Source of the DNA: Octopus bimaculoides
Lineage: Eukaryota
Length of the DNA stretch: 64,000 bases
Reading direction: 5' to 3'
Assembly: GCF_001194135.2 (NCBI RefSeq)
Contig: NC_068992.1
Span: 33,017,433-33,081,432, forward strand
Below, piece after piece: positions 26,609 through 37,978 of the stretch; positions within the stretch are counted from its first letter, which is position 1, and the number at the start of each line of letters is the position of its first letter. The notes beneath the pieces are model-generated. The model did not search any database. It was not told the origin of the DNA and worked only from the letters and a program-made list of their open reading frames with translations. The translations under genes and the position numbers were made by a program.

Positions 26609-28320
26609 CTACCACTATTACCATTTCTATTATTGCTTTTGTTTATGTATATTATTAAAATTTTTGTTTACATAGTTAAAATCAATATTGGTAATGTTCA
26701 TATGAATTGGTTTTTCAAGAAGTAACTTCAATGTAATGGAGAAGCATTCTGTAAAACATTGCTGGCTAAAGGGAAAAACAAAAGCAGCAGTAAAGTCAAC
26801 AACAAGATCAATAACTGCAACAGTAAGGCATTAATGAAAATATTGGCATACAGTCAAAGTCTACAGTTGATGGAGCAACATATGAAAGAGTTTCATATTC
26901 TATTTGTTTTATTTATTCTGAATATTATAGTTGCTTTGGTCGTTAAAATGGTGAATGACTGCCTACAAATCCATGAATTTAAGCACTGCTCTGTACAGTA
27001 ATCGTACTCTGCGTCTTTGGCAGAGCACATTATTCAGTTTGCTTCCGACTAGACGAAGCTAAAATATGCCATGGTTCTGCTTCATGGTTGAGTGAATTAT
27101 ATCCAGTTAAGGGTAAAAGTATTTGCTCCAACAATTCAAATGTAAACATTGAAATTTGCAAAATAAGCAATGAGAAAGGAAAACTAAAACTAAACAACCC
27201 ATCCTACCCATTTAGAATTGAAAAAGTGAACAAAAGTTTCATTTCTATGATAAGTTGAATTGTTCTGAGAATTTTGGATATAAAAAGGCTGAATATTCAT
27301 TCATCAAGTGAGAACAAATGAGTTCTGATGTTTTCAATACATTCTATTGAACAAATTGTAACTTAGTGATTCCATGATACCTCACATTTATTTGATAGAG
27401 GACTTAGTTTAAAATATAATTAAATGCCTCTTTTTCAAGACACACAAATGTTATTTTAAAGATTTTATTTACTTTTGTTTTGCTTGTACAAACCATTAGT
27501 TTCCATGAACTTTACGAGTTTTCCGGTACCATTTATTTCATGCACACATGGAAGATGAACTGAGTTCATTGCTATCAGATACAGGTAAGAGAAATTAGAG
27601 TTGTAGTGACTTTTTTGCCTGCAGATCTGATAACACTTATTGCTTAACACTAAATGAATATAATAACTGCACAATAAAGTACTCTTTTCAGAAAAAACAA
27701 AGTTCTGTTATCCTGTTTAAAAATCAAAATCATGTGTGTGTGTGTGCACATGTGTGCATGGGTTCATGCGTGTGTAATTAATATAGGTAGAGATGTGCAA
27801 AGTTTTACCAAAAAGGAAAACTATAACTGTCATCAAATATTACTAAGGGTGTTAGAACCACCTACATTGCTAGAAATAAGAGCTTAAACACTCTAATGCT
27901 GCAGTCAAAGCACATAATTGTATACATACATACTATCAGAGACTGTAATCACCTGGAAACTACAGCTGAGATATCCCCATACTGATCGAGTTACAATAGA
28001 GTTTCAATGAATACAGAGATTAGTACAACTGCAAAATTTTACTTTTTAAATTATTTCTAAGGTCATTCACAACATATTTCATTTAAATATTCCTGACACA
28101 TGTTTCTGCTACATAGACACCGAGTAATTGTATTTGCATGCTGTTACTTTCAACCAGTGATTTAGTCTATGCGCATATATTCAAGGTTCATCCATTGAAG
28201 TGGATTGAAGTGAACTAAATGCATGTAATTTTGGCTAGTAGTATATTTTTGGTAGTTGACTATAGTTTTTGAGTGCAACTACAGGAGAAAGCTAGAGAAC
28301 AACAAAGACCTCTCCTTCTA

Positions 28321-28416
28321 CTAGAACTCTTTGTTGCAATGATTAGAGCAATTCATGATGGCATGAAGGCACTTGTTATCCACCAAGCTAATATGTCAGA
28401 AGAATTCTCAGTCACA
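28321..28416 (+). mobile_element. RTE (BovB-like) RT fragment
   Basis: LELFVAMIRAIHDGMKALVIHQANMSEEFSVT resembles the RTE segment KFxxMIRQLHDGMxAxVxxxGxxSxxFxVTNGVKQG. Confidence 0.6.
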
Positions 28417-31400
28417 TGTTGTAAATTTTAACCTTTTAATTGACCAAATAAATAGTGTATCTGGTAAATTGTTAGCTGCATAGCAGATCAAATTTTGTCT
28501 GAGATACTTTAAGGTACTGAAGGCTAAGAGCAGTGGAGAGAAAACTGGAGACTTCTGAAAGAAGTCTCTATTTTGTATAAACACACTATATAAACTAGTT
28601 TCTAAAATTGTCATAAAAATATCTCTAGTATAAACTTTATACTTATCACTTTACACTTTGATATTTATAATTATATTCTCAGTAAATGTAATTATGCACT
28701 TCTGTGATTTAAAACATTTTCTATTTGTAAATTATACTAAATTCAATACATATTTCAGTTATAAAAGGATTCCCTGTCCTTTGCTTAAATACATAGTATT
28801 TACATAAGTGGAATGGTTCAATATTGTAGGCAGAGTCAATGATAAATTCTTTATTGTATGTACTTATAAACTCTATTCTGAGGCCACATCTTATTCAGCT
28901 AATTTGTTATCCTTTCTTTGCACAATCGATAAAATAAGTACAAATAGTATTCATGAATCAATTCAAACAACAATATTTCAATTGTTCAAATCTGTCACCT
29001 TGTACCCATATTGATCTTACATGACCTTATATTTCAACAGAACAAGTAATTTTACAGTTGTATTTCAATTACATCTATGTGAAGGCTTTCTAAAATAATA
29101 CAATGAACATCTATTTACGAAGATCAATGATAGTCTGTGTCAACAATACCAACTGGGGTAAAATGCAAGCATTCAGGTATCTTATAAAAGGAAAAGAAAC
29201 AGCCATTGTTTCAGAGCCATTTTGCTGACTTTGAAAGGATATCAAACTCTTAGTGGTTGTTAATTATGTCCTCTTTATTATATTGATTACTTTCAGATAT
29301 CAGCATTTTTTCCAATCCTTTAATCTGTTGCAGACTTATTAGTTGTTTCTCTGAGTAACATTCACACTTTGTTAGCTTAAACATTTCTTGTACATGTTTT
29401 TTGTGAATAATCAAATCTGTCAGTTTGTATGTTTGATGTGTTTGATCCTTATTTGTAGGGACAAACATGTAAAAAGAAATCTAAAACAAAGTACTTAATG
29501 CTTCACGAAATGGAGTTAAATATATTTACTTATAAATTTATTTCCAAATCTATACATTTGTTTCTGTCATTATTATATCTTCAGAACTAATAAGAATATG
29601 TTTTTTAATAAGTTAATAGCACAGAAACTTCCAATTCAAAAATAGTGTATGCACAGATAGTGAGACAGTGGCAAAATTTTCTTTAGTTAGAGGTAAACTT
29701 AAACACATTTTTGACTGATACAATAAAATATTCAGGAAGCAGAGTGAGGTGGAGGCTAACACAGTACAATGGTCACTAAAGGACTATGAAAATTAAGACA
29801 TGCTAGGAACAATGAAATAGGGTTGGCAGAATGTCAGTAGACAGCCCACAGCAGAACTATGTCTAGAACACATAACCACACATCAATAACATGAGAGAGG
29901 TTGCACCAAAAAAACATGAAAAAGTAGAGAAACTTCTCAATGGGAATGTGAGGCAACATGCTACAACCTAAAAAAAAAAAGCAGATTGCACAAAATTTCC
30001 GAGCAACTGACAGCAATGTTCTTACATTCTATTTGTTACAGAAGGAACACAAAAACTTCACAGACCCTGTTATGGAGCCCCCCAGCTTAGCAAATTTGCA
30101 GAACCAACACTTCCAGCAATAAGGTCATTCCTACTTTCTCTCACAAGTATTGCAATTGCTCATGTAGAAAGAAATACATCCACACACACACAAACGTACA
30201 CACAGGTGCTTATCTATTCAAAAGACCACCACACTGCATACATGCACAGTTAAGTACACACCTACTGGAATGCACACATGTAAGCAAACACTCTCACACA
30301 CATACAAACATACACACTCACACAAACACACACACTAGACCATACACTCATGTACCCACACAATCACACACATGCACATACAAACAGCCACTCACAAACA
30401 CACCCACCATTATTCCCTCCTCCTCCCACATAAGGAACTACACCCACAAATCTTTTTTATAAGACGACAAGCAAATCTAGGCAGATCTGAGACAAAAGAC
30501 CGAACCCTTAAAAACGTCACAGATGGTAATGCATACAGACTCACAAAGACACAAATACACCCACATAGATACACATGTATGCTCACACAACTTTACATTT
30601 ACTTTCATCCTTAGCTTCTCTTTTAAGCAAACACGTGTGTACATTCACAAAGGCATAAGACACATTCTTGGACAGACTCAGAGTAGACCATGAGGTGAGA
30701 GAGTATGTCATAAAAGAGGTTGTGAATAGTGCCAAAAGGGCTCTGACTAACAAACAACTGAGTCATTGTTTAACCATGACATTAAACAACCGATTGACTT
30801 GTTAGTTGGTTAGATATTTAAGCAATTGACAAACAATAAAGAAATGATATTGAATAAAATCATGTGTTTACTAGTTGAAAGCTGGGGTCAATGTAATCAA
30901 CTAGTCCTCTCCCACAAATTTCAGGTTTTGTGCCTTAGCAGAAAGGGTTATAGGCATAATGACCCTCTGAAGACACAAGAAGGTTAATAAAATAGTTTAG
31001 AAAAATAGATTAAAGAATAAGGGGACATTTAAGTTTAAAGGAGTAGAATCAATTTTGAAGTGAACTGTAGCTAAATTTGTAGCAATATAGCAATGTAACT
31101 TCTTAAATCCATATTTAGAAACAGCCCTGTTGCTAAATGGTTAGCCATTGAGTTGAAATTAAGAAATGATGAAATAAATATTGAAAAACAACAATGAAAA
31201 AATTTAGAAGTGAATATTATTGAAAGATCAGAGAAACAAAGTCTAAATTCTATTAAGGATTAGAGAGGGCGAGAATTATATTGAACATTTTCAAAGTCAT
31301 GTAAGAGATATGTTACAAAGGCACAGAAAATTTGTTGGGGCAATATTAAAATTAATAGCACAAAGTAAATAGTGAAAAACTGTGAAAACCCTACATTTCA

Positions 31401-32487
31401 AAGAAAAGGGTGTTAAATATTAGTGAAAAGATGAAAGGAGAAATGAAATGAGTACCTTGGAAACAGCTGCATATTATGAGAGGATATCAAATATGACAAG
31501 GATTTTGAGTTTTACTATAGAGAAAACTAGCTTGGAAATTATGAATAGGAAACAGGTGGCTTTGTTGCAAGGAAGATGATGAATGTAGGAGTCTGTGACA
31601 GAAAATACTGTTAGTGAAGATTCTGAGGGAGAGAGAGAGAAAGAGGAAAACAGGACAATAAAGATTCATAATAATTAACTCAATGAGTAGAACTATGAGA
31701 GAACTAATTTGATATGCAAAAACCAATGCATGCACAATGAAATCAGGTGAGGTGACAGATGTAAAATATATAAGAGCAATAGTTCTGTAAAACCAACATA
31801 AAGTTGAGAAGGATATAAAAGAATAAAACACTCCTCTCTCCCCCCCCCACACACACCTGCACACAAAATATAAACACTTGCATACATGAACACAAAGAGA
31901 GACGCAGGTGGTATATAAACATATAGAGAAGATATGAATATATATATGCATTCACAAAGATATACAGATATCTTACAAATTCATAAGCACATAAATCTAT
32001 TTTGGTATATAAAAAAACAGCAAAATAAAAAATCATTGGGATATACACACATAAAGAAACATGCAATTTTGTATGGCATAAACAATTCATATATAGAATA
32101 AGTAGTAACAGAACAGGACAGTGAGAACAAAACAATTAAAACAAATGGTGAGGGCTGTTAAGCTAAGCCAATGTGAAGTGGTGAATGCTGGAAAAATGAG
32201 CTTTGAAAAGAGAAAGATAGAAGCACATCTTGTTTTTAGGAAGGAAGTGGAAGAAAGAATGGTCGTCAGTTACGTGTGAGCAACAAGAGAGTCAAGGGGG
32301 AAGAGTGAGAGAGAGAGAGAGAGAGGGAACGATGAAGGGGAGAGAAGAATAGGGAAAGGGTAGGAGAGAAAAACAGAAAGGATGAAGAACAAGAGAGGGA
32401 GATAGATAGACAGAAAGAGATAGAATAAAAATGCGCATCGTACATATAAAATAAGTAGGCATACCCGGATACATAAATATACAACAA

Positions 32488-32830
32488 GGCTATGTGGTAA
32501 GAAGCTTGTTTCTGGTTTCAGTTGCACTGCATGGCACCTCAGGCAAGTGTCATCTACAATAGCCTCAGCTGACCAAAGCCCCTTGTGAGTGGATTTGAAA
32601 GATGGAAACTAGAAGGGGCCCATTGTGTGTGTGTGTATGTGTGTCCCCCACCATTGCTTCACAACTGGTGTTGGTGCGTTTATGTCTATGTAACTTAGCA
32701 GTTCAGCAAGAGACACCAACAGAGTAAATACCAGGCTTTAAAAAATTGGGTTGATTCATTTGACTAAAAATTCAAGTTGGTGCTCCAGCATGGCCAGAGT
32801 GTACTGAACGAAACGAGTAAAAGATAAAAG
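32488..32830 (+). mobile_element. tRNA-derived SINE, near full length
   Basis: GGCTATGTGGTAAGAAGCTTG head, GGCAAGTGTC.TCTACAATAGCC and TTGTGAGTGGATTTG body, CCAGCATGGCC...GAAAC.AGTAAAAGATAAAAG tail. Minus-strand copies at 21790-21985 and 48805-49175. Confidence 0.8.
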
Positions 32831-33366
32831 TTAAAGGCACATATCGACTTGCCTACACATACACAAATATATTTATATTCTCCTAAGATAATTTCCATAG
32901 TGAAGATCTTTCTATATCTGAGTGTACATGAATACATTAAATATAAATGTACACCCTTGTATTTCAATCACTGCTGCTTTGAGAGCCTCTGGTTTATTAG
33001 GAAACTGTGACAGATAGATTTTGGAATACATAACTGTTGATAGGTAATGATGCAGACACACACATGTTCTATGATCTGATGATGTCTTTTTCCTCACATA
33101 GACTCTAAAGATAATTCTCTCCAGAGAAATTTCTACAGCAAAGGTTTCACAGTATCTAAAGCTACAAGAATATGTTAAATATAATCATACATACCAATAT
33201 TTCAATCAATGCTGTTATTTATAACTTTATATGTATTTCAAGAATAAATTCCAAAAAGAGAGTTATTCCATGTTCTCTTAAACGTTTTGTAAATTCTTAT
33301 GATGTCAGAAAAATACAATTCTTGCTGATAAGAATAAAGTTTCTAAAATGGACAGAGAAATTCTAA

Positions 33367-33439
33367 GGATTGCTTTGATACAATGGTAGCATGCTTGTTG
33401 TGTGTACAGGACATGTGGGTTTGAATTCTGTGGCAGCCT
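33367..33439 (+). pseudogene. tRNA-like pseudogene, unit 1 of a 277-bp tandem
   Basis: 73 nt. A-box-like TGATACAATGGTA, anticodon stem CTTGT/ACAGG with a 7-nt loop, T-arm GTGGG TTTGAAT TCTGT. Isotype unresolved. Confidence 0.55.
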
Positions 33440-33643
33440 TCAATTATTTTTCTAACCAAAAGGGGATTTTCAACCCAATAGTTACATGTTATTTCATAAT
33501 AGCTATTATATGTACTTTGAGAATCAATTCCAAAACTCAATTAATCTGTGTACTCTTGGAAGTTTATAAATTCATATAATGTCAACTAAATACAATTCTC
33601 AAAAGTAAGAATAATGTTTCTAAAATGGCCAGAAAAAGTTCGA

Positions 33644-33718
33644 ATGATTGCTTTAGTCCAATGGTAAAACGCCTATCATGTCTACAGGAAATGTGTGTTT
33701 GAGTCCCACAAACATCCT
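33644..33718 (+). pseudogene. tRNA-like pseudogene, unit 2 of a 277-bp tandem
   Basis: TAGTCCAATGGTAAAACG (A box), CCTAT..ACAGG anticodon arm, GTGTG TTTGAGT CCCAC T arm. Located 277 bp after unit 1. Confidence 0.6.
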
Positions 33719-33827
33719 TTAAACATTTCCGTTCCAAAACGGGTTTCTCAACTCAATATTTATAACCTTATATGAATTTTGAGAACCAATTCCGAATATA
33801 TATGAGTGTTTGGTGTGAGTGTGCGTG

Positions 33828-33895
<68 letters not shown>

Positions 33896-34733
33896 TGATA
33901 GGCTTGCCTCGATCCTTCAGGGGTAGTCTGCAGCATCCAAGCAACCAGGGGATGTTTAAATCCGGAGGCACTCCTGGGGGTCACCTGTATGGGTACCGTC
34001 TTGGGAAGAGGGCATCCAGAGGCAGGTAATTTATTGCTTAAACCGTAGTTTATAATTATATTTATGTGGAGAATGGAGCAAGAAAAAGCATTATTGTTGG
34101 ACTAGATAGCCGTTGTTTTATTACGTGGAGGTTGTGTAATAAGTCATTGTGGAGGTTGAGGCTATGTAGTGAGTCATTTTGTATATTATGCAATAGTCAT
34201 TTACGTACGTTTTGATCAAGCCAGTGGTTTGGCAGATATCATCAGAATGTTGAAGAGTATGTTCAAAGTTTGTGGTGTGCGAAATGTAGGAGAAGTAATT
34301 AGTGGGTGTAATATATGTGGTGGTGTAATAGTAGCGATAGGTAAAGAAAGCCTTACGTTTTTCTTGTATTTGTTGCTCCGTTCTCCNNNNNNNNNNNNNN
34401 NNNNNNNNNNNNNNNNNNNNNNNNNNNNNNNNNNNNNNNNNNNNNNNNNNNNNNNNNNNNNNNNNNNNNNNNNNNNNNNNNNNNNNNNNNNNNNNNNNNN
34501 NNNNNNNNNNNNNNNNNNNNNNNNNNNNNNNNNNNNNNNNNNNNNNNNNNNNNNNNNNNNNNNNNNNNNNNNNNNNNNNNNNNNNNNNNNNNNNNNNNNN
34601 NNNNNNNNNNNNNNNNNNNNNNNNNNNNNNNNNNNNNNNNNNNNNNNNNNNNNNNNNNNNNNNNNNNNNNNNNNNNNNNNNNNNNNNNNNNNNNNNNNNN
34701 NNNNNNNNNNNNNNNNNNNNNNNNNNNNNNNNN

Positions 34734-34902
34734 AGGAAGCTACACTCTCTCAGTGGTTGGCGTTAGGAAGGGCATCCAGCTGTAGAAACTCTGCCAAATT
34801 AGATTGGAGCCTGGTGTTGCCATCCGGTTTCACCAGTCCTAAGTCAAATCGTCCAGCCCATGCTAGCATGGAAAGCGGACGTTAAACGATGATGATGATG
34901 AT
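34734..34902 (+). mobile_element. (GAT)n-tailed SINE 3' part, truncated by a gap
   Basis: Same family as 13018-13240. Confidence 0.9.
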
Positions 34903-34904
34903 GT

Positions 34905-35437
34905 GGTAATCTTCCAGTTTAGGACGGTAAAAAAGTAAATAAAAATATACAAGGGAAATAACTTAACGTCTTACTAGTATTATCCGTACTACTCTGAAAT
35001 GCGTTTTCTTTTTAGCTGTTTATAAATAAATCACACACGCGATTTGATTGAAGTTAACTGTTTATATATAAATCACACACGTCATTGAATATCATAGTAC
35101 CGGCTGCACAACAACTTATTGTTCCTGAAAATGAAATACTCACTCGTCAATTAATCATATTAGAAGAATATTAGTGAATTATGCAGCAGTTCAAGACACA
35201 AAATGTTGGAATGGTGTGCGCGCCGTCGGCTTATTAGGAATAAGTTTACCTTCGAGGATTGTTTAGTACCATGTGGACTCGTTAAAAAAAACAAAAAAAA
35301 AACACGTGTGATTTATTTATAAACAGCTAAAAAAAACAAACACATTTCAGAGTTGTACAGATAATACTAGTAAGACGTTAAGTTATTTCCCTTGTATATT
35401 TTTATTTACTTTTGTTACCCACGAAACTGGAAGATTA

Positions 35438-35439
<2 letters not shown>
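34905..35439. mobile_element. MITE with ~135-bp terminal inverted repeats
   Basis: GGTAATCTTCCAGTTT...AAGGGAAATAACTTAACGTCTTACTAGTATTATC...AGCTGTTTATAAATAAATCACAC is mirrored at about 35303-35439 (...GGAAGATTACC). The right end abuts (TA)n. Confidence 0.85.
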
Positions 35440-35469
<30 letters not shown>

Positions 35470-35474
<5 letters not shown>

Positions 35475-36115
35475 GAGAATGTACGAAAACAACAACAACA
35501 GACGAGGACAGGTGGTGTAAACAACAAAAGGATGTATTAGTTTGACGCTCAGGAATACAGAAAGTCTTTAACGTTTCGAGCTACGCTCTTCAACAGAAAG
35601 AATACGGAGAAAACAAGGAGAAAAAAAATTGAATGGTGTTTGGTCAGCGATTTATCATGGCCTCTGCGGCAGAACGTTCACGCAGGAGAGATAAGAAAAA
35701 GGGGAGATAACAAAAGGTGGAAGAAAAACGGTGACCCAAGTACGAGGAGCTATGTGTGTGAGAGAGAATGCTGGTGATCTTGACGTATGCATGTGTGAAA
35801 AAATGGGGAGGGGAGAAAGGAGTTGGTCAGTTGTAGTGTGTGCTTGGTGTGTGTTGTGAAGTGATGTGTGGTGTGATGTGAGGGTGTTGGGAGGTAGGGA
35901 AAGCGAAGGCGGGGTAGGCGAGAGTGGGGAAGGCATGGGTGGAGTGTGGGTTAGGCTGAGGGTGATGGTAGAGTTAGGGTATGTGGGTAGGGGTGGGTGT
36001 AAGGAATTGGATGGGGTAGGAAGGTAAAGAATTATATGGCCTTTGGTTTTAGAGTCTCATAAGTTGTCCATGGGGCTAAGTCATTTATGAATTCAAAACC
36101 ATTCATCACTCTATG
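35470..36115 (-). mobile_element. Penelope-like element 3' end (last ORF codons plus 3' UTR/pLTR), ending at (TA)n
   Basis: The minus strand EWF*IHK*LSPMDN resembles the PLE C-terminal ExxWIxxLxTLxPxGLN. It is followed by a purine/pyrimidine-skewed UTR and a hammerhead motif. The terminal ~180 bp is homologous to 55750-55940. Confidence 0.7.
35565..35601 (-). ncRNA. Minimal type I hammerhead ribozyme motif (CUGUUGA core, GUU site)
   Basis: Minus strand: UCUUU CUGUUGA A GAGC GUA GCUC GAAAC GUU AAAGA. Stem I 5 bp, stem II 4 bp, stem III with no loop (palindromic AACGUU). Confidence 0.75.
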
Positions 36116-37037
36116 ATTGGACATATACTTAACTGCATATATATACATGTGTGTGTGTGTTATATTGACACACTTATCACTTTATATGTACATCTGCATA
36201 TATGTGTAAATAAATTTTCCACAGCTCTTGACCTGAAACTAGTAAAGAATATATACTGATCTATTGATTATTTATTGATTTCAAGGCCTCATATTTGTAG
36301 AGAAGGAATAACTGAATATATTGACCACAGAAGAATGGAAAACTTAACTGCGACAGGATTTGAACTCAGAATCTAAAGAGTTGAAGCATATACTGCATGC
36401 CATTCAGTCCGGGCTCTCATAATTATAATGCTCGTTGACATTATTTAATAAAACAAAATTTTGCTGAGTAGAATTAAGTATTAAACACTTATTACTCAAA
36501 CGGCTTCTCTTAATCTGGATATTTTCACAGTTTGAAAATACTTGATTCAGTTTAAACTTTGAAGTGACTATCAATTTATTTGAAAACAAACACACACACG
36601 CATGTGTGTATGTCGAAAGATCGCTTAAATAATATATGGATATATGCATATATACATACCTACATATATATACATGCATATATGAGTACAGAACATCAAA
36701 ACAACATAGACAGACTAAGAAACAAAAACATAAAAACGAACTTTTTTTCGAACAACAGAAAAAACAGAGAAATGAGATATGCAACATAAAGAACATTCCC
36801 TTCATCAGCTGTCCCCTCTTTTATCTACTCTGCATTTCGAAGTTAAGGACAAGACGCGACTTCGTTAAAACAATCCTTCCCACAAAGCAAATTGAATAAA
36901 ATTTTGGACTTTTTGCGGAGGGTGAAAGTGGTAACAAAAACAGGACAGTAATTATCTTAATAATTACGATGCGCACTCTTGTTCTATCTCTTTTCTGTCT
37001 ATCTATCTCATATGGACTCACCCTCTACACTCTTCAG

Positions 37038-37536
37038 TGAGTGCCTTGAGGACGTAGTGCTGCCCTGGGTCAAAAGGATGGTTGCTGGAAGACCATATGT
37101 CTGGTAACAGGATTCTGCACCATGCTACACATGCAGGAGAACCCAGTCATGGCTATCAGATAATTTCTGCAACCATATCACCTCTAAAATCTGGCCACAT
37201 AACTCCCCAGACTGCAACACCCTTGATTATTATGTGTGGGGCACAGTTCAGTGAGAAACTAACAAAACTCCTTGTGACACCAAAAAAGAACAGAAGGTAA
37301 GGATTATAGCAGCATTCACCATCTTAAATAAGGAGAACTTCCTGAAGAATAACAGAAGATTCTGAAGTCGTCTGGTGGCCATGGTTGAAGCCAACGGCGA
37401 TTTCATTGAAGAAATTTACTCTTTAGTATCTCAAGATAATTTTATGTAATTTTTGTAACTTTATCTGTTAAAATGAAACGTTAGTGTTATTTTCATTTTT
37501 GCATAATTTAGATGACAATATATTCACCGCACCCTG
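37038..37536 (+). mobile_element. 5'-truncated Tc1/mariner DD37D (maT-type) transposon 3' half
   Basis: CLEDVVLPWVKRMVAGRPYVW*QDSAPCYTC...IWPHNSPDCNTLDYYVWG has 37 residues between the second and third Asp. Ends MVEANGDFIE. Right TIR ...ATATTCACCGCACCCTG followed by TA. Confidence 0.88.
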
Positions 37537-37550
37537 TATACATATACATC

Positions 37551-37978
37551 TGTAGTGGTTAAATGTGGATCATGGTAAACAGGTGCAAAAGGAATGTGTA
37601 TGCCTTTGAAGTAAACAAATGAGTGAATGGATTCATAATTGAAAATAATTTATTCACTGGACTTAATTTGTCGTTGGTACACATAATTCTTCATGACATG
37701 CAAAATGTTGACAACTGCTACGAGTTGCTAGAAATAGAAACCAGGGTACATCTGTGGAAATGATATGTCAGAAATTGAATACATGTTTGTGTGTGTACTT
37801 AGTTCATCTGAGACAGTAGTCTATCATGGAACTTCGAACATTGCTGTGGTCTCTGAGAAAAGCTGTCGTGTAGTAGACGTTCCTCGTTTGGCTGCCTAAG
37901 GCCTTCTCTCCCTTCTGTCTTGTTGACCACTGAATTTATAAGAATCGTGGCAGCTAGAAGGACAGATATACTGTAGCA
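37551..37978 (-). repeat. LTR-like direct repeat, copy A (428 bp, TG...CA)
   Basis: About 95% identical (hand count, ~18 substitutions plus small indels) to 41095-41520. Confidence 0.9.

Noticed and set aside
36780-36870. CUGAUGAAGGG and a GAAGU/ACUUC-GAAA hairpin on the minus strand
   Set aside because: The core elements are in the wrong order or spacing to fold a hammerhead. Probably a repeat terminus I cannot classify.
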